Shown: in pieces, positions 51,291 through 64,000 of the stretch
How positions within the stretch are numbered: the stretch's first letter is position 1
How the letters are laid out: every line of letters begins with the position of its first letter
Origin: Felis catus
Taxonomy: Eukaryota
NCBI RefSeq assembly: GCF_018350175.1
Contig: NC_058369.1
Location: 23,252,001-23,316,000, forward strand
Reading direction: 5' to 3'
Length of the DNA: 64,000 nucleotides
Notes under the pieces: model-generated
What the model saw: only the letters and a program-made list of their open reading frames with translations
Databases searched by the model: none
Told to the model about the DNA's origin: nothing
Made by a program: the position numbers and the translations under genes

Positions 51291-54200
51291 CCAGCCCAGC
51301 TGGAGTCGGGATCAGTCTGGGCCATCTCTGAATCATCTCAGGCAAGTTGCTAACTTCTTTGGACCTCTAGTTACTCATTTGTGTAATGAGTAGGTTTGGT
51401 TCAATGGTTCACTCTGCCATTCCAGCTCTAAACTTGTACAAATCTACCCATAATCCACAACCAGATGGACCACACCGGGAGCAGGGTCCATTAGCAACAG
51501 TCCCAACAAGTGGATCAGTTACTTATTTCAGGGCTAATTGTGCTGTAAAGCACCGACAGGCAGCCTGAGAAATCTCCCAGCACTGTTAGGGTCTCAGTCA
51601 GAAAAAGGCAGAACTGGTTTTGAAGGGACATACTCCACAGAAGTGACTGTGGTCTCTGCCCCAGACAAAGACACCCTCTTGGATCCTCAATGGAAGATCC
51701 CTTCTGCCTGCAATTCTCTTGGAAACGGGGCCTCCGCCAAGCTCATCTGGTGCACTCTGCTCTGGGTAGAGGTAATTATTTTTACGAGGCATTATTCACG
51801 TCTAGTCTACCTGAGGGCCACCCCAAATAACGCTTCTCTAGCTATTAAAGGCTTTATCAGGCATGCAGAGTCTCTGGTAGTTTCCTTCAGGGGAAAAGAG
51901 AAAGATTCTTCTTGAAGTTTACCACCTCCCGCAGCAATTTGCTGCCCATTTCAGGGCCACGTGAAGTGGTTGGCACCTGAAAAAAGCACAGTCTTTCTCT
52001 TTTAAGTGCAGCCGGAAAATGGGAGTCATAAGTGAAAGTAGGGAACCGGGAGAAGCATTTCCATGCAGCCAAGGTAGCTTTCTTGTTTTGTTGTGAGCTG
52101 GCAGACTCCGACATGCTGAAGCAATGTTTTGTCAAATTTCTTAAATGCTGAATGTGGCACTGGCCCAAATGAATGTAGATGTTATTTTCGTGCTAGGAGA
52201 GATTTATTTTAATGTACAGTTGTAGCCACTACAAAGGCCCCTTTTCATCTACTGGGGGCTCGATTCCTTGCTCATTCACTCTGCAACCCCCTCCTCATTC
52301 TAGGGTACTGGTGTATGCCGCGAAATTGCCGAGTATTCCCTCCTTCCCTCTTCGTCTCCTAAGGCAGTGACATGAGTGCTGACAATAATTATAATTAAGA
52401 TGCCTTGTGCACGAAAAAGCAGTGTGCAGGGCTCCGTTCCTTTGCACGGCCTGCCCGGAGTTCACAGACAGTGCTGCTTGATACAGAGGATGAACCAGCA
52501 GCAGAGCTGACCTGCCCAGCTCCAGACTCTGGCAAAGCAGCCCCCGGAGAAGCTTTGCCTTGTCTAGGACCTCGATTCTCTAAGCACGGAAGGAGCTAAT
52601 CCTTCACGGCTCGCCTCAGAGGTGGGAAATCCATCTGAACTGAGCCTCAGGTACCAGTATCTTGCACCTTGATGGAGGCCAAAATAAAGGGAAGGGAAAC
52701 AATAGAGGAAGCTCTGGCGACATGTGAGGTTTAGCCCAGCCAAGTCTGTGCTTTCAAGGCAAGATGAGGGGAGGGGAGCCACAGACAGAACGGTCGCGGG
52801 GGCCTGGGGTGAGGGGGAGGAAGGGGGAATCATCACCAGACCCAGTGGTAGAAGGGAAACTGAAGCCAGGACAGCTCTCAAATCTATCCCATCCATCCAA
52901 GGCCCCCTTTTACTAATAATCTGTAATATCCCTTTTACTCTCCCAAAATGAGATGCATAGAAAATAGAACCTGTTTCCCCACATGCTGCCGAATGAAACA
53001 AACAAAAATTAAAGCACGCTCCAACACTAGTATCAAGAAATGAAAGAACCGTAGTTTATAATATGATAGTATATACTTTAGTATGTAAATGTTTGGGCAT
53101 AATTACAGGAAGAGACAGAACGAAGTAGTCAAGAGCTTGCATGGGATCTTTGTAGGTAAATGCAAGGGCTGCTGTAGGGACATCTCAGCCCAAACCCTGC
53201 CTCACTGGTGATGGGGAGGGGGGGTGGTCTCTGAAATAGTAAAGTCGGAGGCAAAACAAAATGCACTCATCTCTCTGTTTCACAGAACTGTAGTTAAACA
53301 TTTCTAGAAAATTCCACATGGAAGACAGTCTTCGTATTTAGATGTAAAGCGGAATCCAGTTCAAGGCCCAGATATGGATTATGCTTTCCAAGCGCATCAA
53401 TCACAGTACAGCACTTGCAAGCACTGGGGTGGGGGGTGGAGGTCTGTCCCGTGAATTGTGGGCCTTCCAGTTATCGACAAACTACAAACCTCCGAAACAG
53501 ACCCCTCGGGGCAGGGAGGGTTGGGTGCAGCCCAATTGAGAACTAAGGGGAAAGGCTGAAGGCTTCAGGTCAGGTGTGTGGGCTTGAATCCTGGGTCCGC
53601 CCAGTCCTAGCAGTTGTGTAGCCCTGGTTAAGTCACTTAACTGCCTGCATCTTATCTTTAAAATGGACAGAACAGCCCGTCCCTTGAGAAATTGCTGGAA
53701 AAGTTAAGGCGGATAATGCTAGTGGGGTTTCAAGTCATTTCAGGCAATTCTCTCCGGTTCATTCATTTTAGGGATTTGTCTTCTACCTTGAAGTCAGGAA
53801 GATGGGAGTTCAAATCCAAGTTCCCCCACGGAGTCCCTCCCAGCTTCCAAAGTGGAACTGTCTATTATGAATCATTCCGTTTGGCTACTCAGAAACCTCT
53901 GTGCCCTCAGCTATAAAACAGAAGGTGACAAGGACAGTATCTGCCTGGGAGGATTTTATCAAATCTTCAGATGTTAGAAGCTCTCAGCAGAGTTGAAAAT
54001 GTTCTAGGTAGTTGTGATTATACCAGGTCCACTTAACTTACTTTTAGCCGTAAAGGTATAACATCACATGGGGAGTTGAAGCTCTGTGTCCCTGTACGTA
54101 GCATGGGACCTGCAAGGGGTCCAGGCCAGCAAATGGGATGAACGGGGGCCTCTGCTAGAGCGGCCAGAACTCCTCGACGTATTGTCAAGTGACAGCAGTG

Positions 54201-57200
54201 TGTCAGTCCTGGAAGACCTATGGGGAGGCTGAGCTCCAGGGCAATAATGCAGGATATTTACTATATTAAATATCACGCATATTGAATCTACACAGCTCTT
54301 ACTGTATGTCATGTAGTTACATGACACTTACTGAGTAGTCACTATGTGCCTGGCATTGTGCTAGGCTCATGACACGCATGAGCACATGTAAGTCTTACAA
54401 CAATCCTGTGAAGGGTGTACGACTGCTGTCCCATTGTGCAGACTGGAGGAGGGAGCATCCCACCAGGCAGGACTCAGACCCAAGTTCATCTGACATTTTC
54501 CAACCCAGATATGAGTATAAGGAAACAGACACAGATGGCAACTAAGAAATCAGTTGGAACTACCAGAATGATGGGCCTAATCACATTGCTGAGGCTTCTC
54601 CCCTGCAGAGGTGGGACTCATGAGCTACCCCAGTGCTAATCTACACAGGAGGGGACCGGGGCCCTGGGGCAGCGCTGAGCCCCCAGCACACAGTGGGCAC
54701 ATGGCCCACACTGTGGAGAGAGAAGAGGTACTGGCCATTACCGTGGGGCCCTCAGAGGACCCTGTTCCCCCAAAGCCACTTCTTACAGAAGGAACATCCA
54801 TAATCCCTTCAGTTAAAGACTGGGGTCCACGTTGAAAGGTCCAGTATCCACGGAGCAGGGGAGGAGGTAAGCAGGAAGCTGCTATGTCCGTTGCTCCCCT
54901 TGCCCGTGGGGGAAGCGGCTGGGAAGTTCGGGGTGGCTCGCACACCTGCCCAGGCCACCATTACAGGTGAGGGGCCCTGTGAGAGGGGGCACAGAGCCCA
55001 GCCCTGAGCAGGTATGGGGAGAGGCCTCAGACCTGCATCAGATCGCACTCCTGAGGTCCCCAGCTTTTGTTACGTTGCTTGTGCTTTTGAGTCATGAACA
55101 AGAAAGGACTGTGAATTCTAGCCCGTGTATTTCAGGTGAGCCATCAGTGCAGCTTTATCTGGACAGAAGCCTCAATTACCCCCATGGGAGAGATTCCAGT
55201 GGCTCCAGCTTCTCTCTCCACTTTCCCCCAGGGCTCATCTGAGATTGAAGGCTGGGGGAGGCTTAATCATGAATCACGCGGCCATTTCATTCTGGTCCTC
55301 TGTCATCGGCCTGTGCACAGGTCAGTGCCACGGCGGCCGCCTCATTCCACGCGAGGGTCATCCCGGAGTCAGGCAGCTCCCTGGGCCCTGTGGGGAGCCT
55401 TGGGCTTCGCCGTCTGTGGCCTCCGTGAGGCCCTCCTATTCCCAGCAGCAGCAAGGCTACAAGAGGCCAAGCTCCAGTGCCCTGCCTCTTCCCAGGCCTC
55501 CTCGAGAGAGGAGTGTGTGCTGGGGAGTACTTGTCTGTGCTCCAGGAGTCCCCTTGGCTTCAGAACTAGGGTAGAGGAGGGGAAGGCAGACACCTGCGGG
55601 ACATCATAGCGTGAGTCTTTCCTTCAGGCCGCGGGCACCTTGGATTCTCTTCCCTTTTCTGGTCAGGTCATCTTTCCTGAGAGGTCTCTTTGGGGGGCTG
55701 GAGGCAGGGTGGAAGGGAGAGGCACCAGCCCAGGCAATTCCCAAGCCACCCCTCCCACCCTGAGATTCCCCGAGGCCTCCATTTTTGAGACTCAAAATCC
55801 AGAATTTACTCCTTTGTTCTCTGAGTTTCTCTGTGCCCTCCCTTCCCTGAGGCCCTAAGCATGGAATGCTTTAGCTGAGGGAATGAGAAGAGCCAGGGGG
55901 TGCCAGGAAACTGGGAAGAATGTTGGTAACAACTGTGTTTCAAACTGTTATCCCTCAAAGAAAGCATGAAAGGCAAATGATTAACTGCCTAGTGCCTGGA
56001 ACACAGTGCATTTGCTTGTTCATTCATTCATTTATTCATTCACTCAGTTTTTACTAAAAGCGTAGCAGGCACCATGGAACCTTCGTGGAAAGGATAAGGT
56101 CTGTGTCGAGGGACCCGGCTCACCACCGAGACCCCCGTCTACACAGAGGGCTCTACAGAGAGGGCTCTGGGGTGTGGGTCTTGCTGAGAAGGATTTGCAT
56201 TTTCCTACCAAAGCAGAAAAGGAGGTGCCTGCCCCCCACCCCCACTCCCTACAGCCCCCCTTTGACGCGTACAGGGATCTGACCAGTGCACCCTATTCTA
56301 AAAACCTGTCCAGGAACCCAGATGAGAGACTCAGGTGTAGCCAGCCACGTGTTTGGGAGCAATCACTTTATGACAGAAGATGGCCTTTCCATCCTCAACA
56401 TCCACCTGATTAACTTACGGTACAAAACTGGTATCCTTCACTCCGAGGCTGATTTCCAAATATTCTAAGATCCTGAGATTCCAAGTGATTGAAGAAAAAT
56501 AGTGCTTCATTACTCCAGAATGCCGTCTGCCTTCTCGTTCTCTTCTCCCTCCCTGCTCATAATCACCTTGTGTACAGCTGTTCTGGAAGCATATCTGCCT
56601 TGGGCCAGGTCTGATACAGCCAGACACATCTGCTACCCAGGTGTTTGACTTTGGAATTGGTACCTAGATGGCTGGAGGGAAGGAGGCCCAGTGGCATGCT
56701 GGCCTTGTTTCCCAGGCTGCCTTGCTGCAGGAGCTCACTCAATAAGTACATGGTTTTCCTTTGACTGTTTCCATTATTGTCCTTTTTATGTCAGATGAAC
56801 TGGAGACACTGGGTACAGATGGAGAATAATGGTCTTGTTGATGCACAACTCTGAGGGCGTCATGAAGTGTGCAAGTCTGCTTATGATGAGATGTCCCCAG
56901 GATAATTACCAGGTTTTGTTTGAACATCATCGAGTCCTGGTCATTGCCCCTGTTAGAAAGACCAGGGGCGTTCAGCTTCTTCACCTGCATTGGCCTTGCA
57001 GGTGGTCTCTTGCAGCTCTCGGACGCCATAAACTCATCCCCAGCTGGGATTTTGCAGGTGGTCCAAAATGCTCCCTCCACACTCCCTCTTCACCCGGTCC
57101 CTGGGTCCTCATAAATTTCTACTCATCCTTGGGTCCTGCCTCTTTACTGAATACTTCCCCTAACTGTACCTGCAGAGAAGGCAGTGTGTTCTCAGAGGCT

Positions 57201-57615
57201 TTTAAGGTAATGGGCCAATCACCTAAACAAATCGGTCATCAATATCTGGAAAAGACAGAACCAATTTGAACATTCTGATAATTGTGCAAATATTCTGGAT
57301 TGTTTAAATAGAGAATGATGGGTGACTTCTCTTGAAACCTCCAGTCTGCATTTTGTCTGAAAAACAAATAAACACCCACAAAAACACACAGAGAGAAGGT
57401 GCTAGAACTCACAGTTGTGGAAACCTCTTTGGCTTTGCTCCGTGAGGCGAAAACAAAGTTGACGATCACTTCCTGACAGGGATGCTTAGGCCTGTAACTT
57501 ACCTCTCTGATTCTCGGTCTTCTTACACGTAAAGTGTGGCTGGGAGTACTGTTCACCTTGTACAGTGCCGTGAGGATTGGCTGTGCAGTATCTAAAGCTT
57601 CAGTTACTGGTATTA

Positions 57616-57823
57616 TTTTTTTAAAGTTTATTTATTTACTTAGAAAGAGAGAGCATGAACAGGGGAAGGGCAGGGAGGTGGAGGGAGAGAGAAAGAATCC
57701 CAAATCCGCACTATCAGTGCAGAGCCCGACGCAGGGTTCGAACTCATGACCTATAAGATCATGACCTGAGCTGAAATCGGGAGTGAGTGGGACACTTAAC
57801 CCACTGAGCCATCCAGGTGCCCC
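57616..57823 (-). mobile_element. Can-SINE
   Basis: Reverse SINEC ending gagccatccaggtgcccc. Degenerate TSD tactggtattat / tacggttattat. Confidence 0.93.
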
Positions 57824-60800
57824 TACGGTTATTATGTGATATAATTCCTATGATTTGATTTATAAACTAATTTCCATCACGGAATATACTGTGTGTAATT
57901 CCAAGACATGTCTGGTGAGCAGGGGAACATGTTTCATGAAATAATTCACATGCAAGCAAAATCACAACATGCTGACACTTACTAAGGTAAAATGACAGAG
58001 CCTTCAGGTTGAGGGTATCTGGCAAGATGTAGATGAGATGGACGTGCCGATGGCAAAACTCGGGTTCTAGACTTCCCTGGGTCAGGAGCAGCCAGCAACG
58101 AGACCAAACCTCTCTGTCCCATCCCTGGTGCCTCTGGCTCCACGAAAGTCCATCATCCCTCACCTCCTCACAGAAACCAGGCGGTCCCCACCTTCACCTG
58201 CCGGCATTTGCAAGATCTGTTCACATCTCACACCTGTCCCTTGCTGAGAACCTTTCCGTGGCTCTCCGTTTCCCTCAGGACACTGTGCAAACCACCTGAA
58301 TAGCAAAGGTGGGTCTCCTGAGAGAGTAAACTGTCTGAGAGTAGCTGACGTCACCATCAGCACTGCATCCAACTGTCCGATCATTCACTGATGCATATTC
58401 ACAAGGCCTGCCTGGGCTGGGCACGTTTCCTAGATACAGGGAATACAGGTATAAACATCCTCTGCCCTCGAGGGGCTTACCCCTCATCAGGTAGGAACGA
58501 AACACAATAAATAGCACATAATATAACTTACTGCCAAGAATCGATAAATCCTTTGAAGAAAAATAAAGCAGGTTTGCCTGTGTAGACAAAAAAAAAAACC
58601 ACTGGAATATCCTGTAGACCAAGAAAAGTCAGTGCTGTTCCCTCCTGCAGTGAAGGAGAACACCACCCTGCCAGGGTCTTAATATGCCCCCATAAGGGAA
58701 GGTCAGAAGGTATTTCTAGGGTTCTGGGGTCTGGAGGGTCTCTCAGTGTGGGATCGGATTGGGAATGGACTGCTTTAAGGATGGTGGACTTCTCAAGTCT
58801 TGGTTTGATAAGTGAGCACTTTCCCTGTGGTCAGGAGCGGTCTGTTGCTCAGATAAATTGCTTTGGGGGAAGTTTCTCAAGCAAATCATGAGGTATTTTT
58901 TACTTGTTTACGGCCTTACATTTCTGGGCAAGAATTTTCTGGAACAAAGAGCAGAGTCACGAAAGTCATGTTGATGGAGGCGGCCTTGGTTCCCAGACCT
59001 GACGTTTTGCTGCAGGACACAAGTACCTCAGTGCTCTCAGGGCTCAGCCTGCAACAGAGGTCACCCCAGGTCTTTGCCTGGGATGCACCGCGTGACCCTC
59101 AGTGTAGGGTTGCCAGATGTCGCAAATCAGAAGTATTTTATCTGGCGACCCTATGAGAGACTGTTGTGAATTTTTCAGTGAATTGTCTGCATATGAAATC
59201 TAGATTTTCAGCTTCTCCTTCAGCATCAGAATAGCCTATAGCATCCAGACTATATTCCCACAAGGCGTCAGCTGAGCTGAGCTGCTCCCTTCATACCAGC
59301 ACAGGGCTGTTTCTCATTCACTGCCCTTCCCACCCAGTCCCGGAAAGATCTGAGGTGGGGAGCTCTGGGATGGACTCAGGCTCGCTCAAATGGGCTAGGT
59401 GTGCTTACCCAAGTCCCCTTCCTTCCCTGTGCCCTGGAACATGAGCCGAAGGCTCAGAGGAGCTGGATGTGTCCCTCCAGCCCTGTGAGCCACCCACGTG
59501 GATATTTTAGCACTGCTTTGCATTAAATACAGTCACAAACATCCAACTCAGAGGTGTTTGGCAAATAAATGTGACCATTCTATTATGGGTTTTGAAATGT
59601 TTGGAAATCTGACCCTTGATTTTGTTGTAATCTCTTTGGTAACTGTTATTAGGTGGTGACCTAATAAGAAATTATTAACTGGGGAGCTATAATTTGGAAG
59701 CTTATAATTTTCTTAATGGACATTGATTTGTGTAACCTGATTAAAATACAATGAAGCCTGAGGCTTAAATGTTCTATTCTGAAAGGCTGAAAAGATGGGA
59801 ATTGACTCTAGAAATGTATTGGCTCCAAAACTTTATTGAAATAATATTATTTGAAGAGTTTTGTGAGCATAAAACAATGTGACAAAAAATAGTCGATGCC
59901 AGCTCCCGTGGCCTCAGAAAGCTGAGGGAATATAGGTTTCTTCAGATGGAGTCTGGAAAAATGCTTCCAGATTACCTCAGGAGTAAAAAGGAAGTTATGA
60001 TTCCATCCCACGGCCCCGCTAATTCTTTTCAGCGTTGATTCTGTCAAGTAATTAGAATCAAAATGGAGGAAACATTCATAATTGTCACTTATTACACTTT
60101 CCCTGAGGTGACTGCTCCCGAGAAGCTTCGGCAGGACGAAAACAAAGCGATTACCAAAGAAATCTGCAGGCAACTGATGAGGCCTTCCTACACACATTCC
60201 CAGAAGCCAGTCACAGACTGGGTGGGGATGGTTCCAGATTAAAAGAGGCTTCCAGAGCTATGAGTCTTCAAAGAAAATCTTTTGCTATCACGTTGTCAAT
60301 CGAGTGATAATGAATCTTGTTTCCACTCCCTCTCTCTTACCACAGGCGTACATCATGGGGCTCTTTGTTACTTAAAAGCATGTACAAGACAGTCCACCCC
60401 TCCCCCCTCCCGCACTGTACCACACAGAACACTTCAGAAGTGAAATATGCACTCGGTTTGGGGATGTATTTAAAACACCTCCTCCCCTTTTATCATTGTA
60501 TTTCTTCAGTTGGCATAGGCTAAAATATGAGGTGTGTCTACTGCTCTGAGGATGTCGTTCCCCCCCCCCCCCAATTTCTGAAATAATACCATACCTTGGA
60601 GATTAATGTTCAGGCTTTACCAAGATTATAATAAACAAATATTGCTTTGATCTAAATATTTTTCAAACGGTTGTTGCTGATTGCTCTCTCTCCCCTATAA
60701 TCTTTTAAGAAAGGCTTTGGACTTGGCTGTCTGACACCCAGGGGGACATGAAAACAGCTGCCTTTCCTTCCCCCTCATGGTGAGGATACTCTGTTCTCAG

Positions 60801-61468
60801 TTTCACCCAAATTAGTCCCAGGATTTCAGTTGTCTTTTTTGTCCAACATTCCATCATGCAATTCATTAAAATCTTCACATGAAATATTTAACAGATGAGT
60901 TATGTCATAATTCACATTACGGCTCTAAATTGTTATTCATGTGGTAAGTCATTTATCCTGGACATTAGCAGACCTCTGGAATGGGCTTGTATTTGATGTA
61001 AGGAAGGTTAGAATTCTTTTCCTCAACACCCCAGAACAGTGGCCTTATTCCAAACCCCCCGTTGATCGTGAAATATTCCCCCAAAAGTGACATGCAGATT
61101 CATTTGTTAGTTCGGCTTGCAATTAACTATGTTGAAAATAAACAGAAGAAAACATTTAAACAAATGTGGCCTGGCTAACAGCTATTACAGTTGACCGTTA
61201 ATTAAGGCAAGTTGGAATCCAAATGTGCCAGCCCTTGTTACTGTCACCGCTAGCAATCATTGCCATTGTACACAAAGGAACGAAAAATCAGGGGCTCTGT
61301 CAAAGGGGGTTGAGGACAGGATGGGTGATATTAAGCCAGCTGAGTAAAAATAGCCACTACCTTGCTTGAGAAGTGTAACCAGCAGGAGCTCATTTTCTGG
61401 AAGAGATAACAAACATATGGCCAGCATTTATTTGTAGAATGTAGGTTTTGAGAAAACTTGTCCCACTC

Positions 61469-61661
61469 AGGGCGCCTGGGTGGCTCGGTCGGTTGAGTGT
61501 CTTTTCCACTCAGGTCATGATCTCACAGTTTGTGGGTTCAAGCCCCGTGTCAGACTTTGTGCTGACAGTGCAGAACCTGCTTCATATTCTCTCTTCCTCT
61601 CTCTCTCTGCCTCTCCCCTGCTCGTGCTCTGTCTCAAAAATAAACATTAAAAAAAAATTTT
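61469..61661 (+). mobile_element. Can-SINE (first of tandem pair)
   Basis: agggcgcctgggtggctcgg head. Outer TSD gtcccactc at 61460-61468 and 61941-61949. Confidence 0.93.
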
Positions 61662-61839
61662 AGGAGCACCTAGGTGGCTCACTCCATTAAGCGTCTGACT
61701 TCAGCTCAGGTCATGATCTCACAGTTCACGGGTTCAAGCCCCACACTGGGCTCTGTGCTGACAGCTCAGAGCCTGGAGCCCATTCTGGATTCTGTGTCTC
61801 CCTCTCTCTCTCTCTCTCTCTTTGCCCCTCCCCCACTCA

Positions 61840-61882
<43 letters not shown>

Positions 61883-61925
61883 CTTCAAAAACAAATAAAC
61901 ATTTAAAAAAACTTTAATTTTTTTA
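61662..61925 (+). mobile_element. Can-SINE (second of tandem pair)
   Basis: aggagcacctaggtggctc head directly after the first tail, with (CT)n expansions. Confidence 0.93.
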
Positions 61926-63567
61926 AAAAGCAAAATAAAAGTCCCACTCTTAAGTAATGAAATACATGGGGTATTCTTAGCAGATATTTTATTTATTAAC
62001 TTATTATAGTTTCAATTTTCTCTGATAAAGATGCAATTGTCTACATATCCCTATCAATGGATTGGATCTATTACAAAAGACTTCTCTTTATGGGCCACAC
62101 TAACTCAGGGTCACTCTGGAACCTTTCTCTGCCTGAGCACTGGGATGAAATAGTTGTCACATGCTGCCATCAGTGACCAGTCGGTTGAGAAGCTTTGTTT
62201 GTTAGGTACCCTGTTGGATGAACACAAGAAGCTGGTACTGCCAGACTGGGGACAATAAACTTCTTGGATTCTATATGCAGACCTGTCTAGCCTTGTCCTG
62301 AGTGTGCATAAGTGATCACAGTTCCAGAAGGGGTGCGTGAAGGGCTTGAACGATAGAGCACAGCTTTCCTTAATATTGGGGGGGGGGGATCCATTCTAAA
62401 AGCTTGCTCAACTGAAAGAGAATCATCACCTTGTGTTCTCTGCTTCATCTTGCCAGGACTCATATGGTCTCTATCCCCCTTCTTTGGAATCATAATTTAG
62501 TACAGTATTTACCCACCAATATTATACCATAGACATTTCTAGCAGTGAACAGGATGGATTTATCCTGGGTGGATTTTTTTGTTCAGTCTCAATATATTGG
62601 CACGAAAAGTTGTATGTAGTGGTGAAATACAAGAATAACTGGTAAAAACTCTGGGAACAAATCATAGCAGGAATGCTGACAGCACTATCAAGCCTTTGGA
62701 GTGTTCGAATACACACGATTTTATTTTGTACCATTTACCCCCATCCCGCAAAAGTTCTGTGCAGAAGCTAAAGCTGGTATGACTGTCTTTTCAGGGACAG
62801 AGAGGTGAAGTAATACATCCTTTGCACACAGCAGTCTTAGAAACAGGGTTCACATCCAGTTCTTTCAGTAAAACTTTTCCTGGTTATAATTGGTTGCTGG
62901 CGGCTGGATTGTTCTTCTGTCTCCTGGATGAGCTCTCAATGTGTATCTGAATATACGGTATGGCTGGGAGAGTGGGCAAATGGAAGTAGGGGTGTCTGTG
63001 TGAGTTTGCGTGCCAGGCATGGTGAGCACTATTTTACAAACCGGATTTGTGCTCCTAGGGGTATGTTGCAAGTTGAGGCCAAGCCCACAGAAAATTATTT
63101 CTAAATGAATACAATATGAAAAAGTTATTTTATTTCTAATTTTACATGTAACATTGTTCTTTGGCGGGTCTCGGATTACACTTGAATGCATGTCTATTAA
63201 CCTGATATGAGATGCATGCATGATTTCATCTTGAATGCATTTGAATATAATAGCACTGGAAATGTAATTTGTATTCTCAAATTTTATAAAGCAAAATAAA
63301 TAAATCTTGGGGGTGGTAGCCACATTGAGCATATTGCATTGATTTCTTTGGGTTTCTCTCAAACTAATTACCAACTTCCCCTTGTAAATCCAGGTCTTCT
63401 CACACTGGCAGTTCTAAATGATCTAAATCCTCCATACCTAAGTCATCCTCGTTTCTTGCACCTCCAGGGAGTGGGTAGCGTGGACAGCTCTGTGGAGAAC
63501 TTTACCGTTGATCCTTAAAGAGTGCTAATACCCAGTTCCTCTCTGATGCTCCTGCTATCAGTGATCA

Positions 63568-63760
63568 CTGTCCAATAGAATTCTCTGTGATGATGGAAAT
63601 GTTGTCGAGCCACTTGATCCACTATGGGAGCACTAGCCCCATGTGGCTATTGAGCACTGAAAATGTGACTAGCACAACTCTGGAAGTGAATTCTTAATTT
63701 TAATCTATTTTAATTAAAATAGCCACATGTAGCTGGTAGCGACCAATCTGGATAGCACAG
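63568..63760. mobile_element. MER3
   Basis: ctgtccaatagaattctctgtgatgatggaaatgtt...catgtggctattgagcactg...tagccacatgt...ctggatagcacag. Confidence 0.88.
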
Positions 63761-64000
63761 AGCTGGAGCATTTGAGGTGTCTGTCCTGATTCAAGCACAC
63801 TAGTCACTGACATCCCCACATGAAATGGCTACGTGTTTAGGTGCATGGATGATGCTCTGTGCTCATCTATATCCACTTGGGAATCCTGAAGTGCCATCCT
63901 CTTTTCAGTGATTTGACTGCCCTCTCCAGGTCCCCATCCCTGGCTGTTTTGTCTTCATATCAGTACACCCACCCCCTCGCACATACTGGGTTTCTGATAA

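Larger units (their letters stand above)
3707..64000 (+). other. CACNA2D3: Large CACNA2D3 intron (>60 kb, right end outside window) hosting LRTM1
   Basis: Donor at 3707. The expected next exon (AVGIQMKLEFFQRKFW...) was not seen by eye in the window. Confidence 0.8.

Noticed and set aside
62865..63374. 169-aa minus-strand ORF
   Set aside because: AT-rich, non-ATG start, no recognisable motif.
1..64000. CRISPR arrays, operons, defence or other prokaryotic-type systems; intact retroviral or transposase genes
   Set aside because: This is mammalian intronic DNA. No repeat-spacer periodicity and no long intact gag/pol/env/transposase ORF were seen.

Overview
This is mammalian genomic DNA, most likely from a felid: it is dense in Can-SINEs, including a near-consensus SINEC_Fc-type copy. 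The + strand carries two internal coding exons of CACNA2D3 (voltage-gated Ca channel alpha2/delta-3) at 898-1019 and 3626-3706. An intron of more than 60 kb follows and runs off the right edge; I could not find the next exon (AVGIQMKLEF...). Nested antisense in that intron is the complete LRTM1 coding region on the - strand. It has a 7-nt first coding exon (31527-31533), a 597-nt LRR exon (28127-28723) and a stalk/TM/tail exon (22063-22496), which join into 1038 nt = 345 codons plus stop. The rest is intronic sequence with L1, L2, MIR, MLT1, MER3/MER20/MER58A, about 12 Can-SINEs and microsatellites. Almost all other ORFs in the track are spurious. I found no evidence of a wholly new biological system, and the nested gene arrangement is already known. 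The most interesting local observations are: two upstream AUGs and an OTX2/CRX+FOX motif cluster at the LRTM1 5' end; a SINE carrying a copy of its own tail at its 5' junction; and an AT-rich fold-back palindrome. Gene and repeat identities come from recalled sequences, not database searches, and old-repeat boundaries are approximate.
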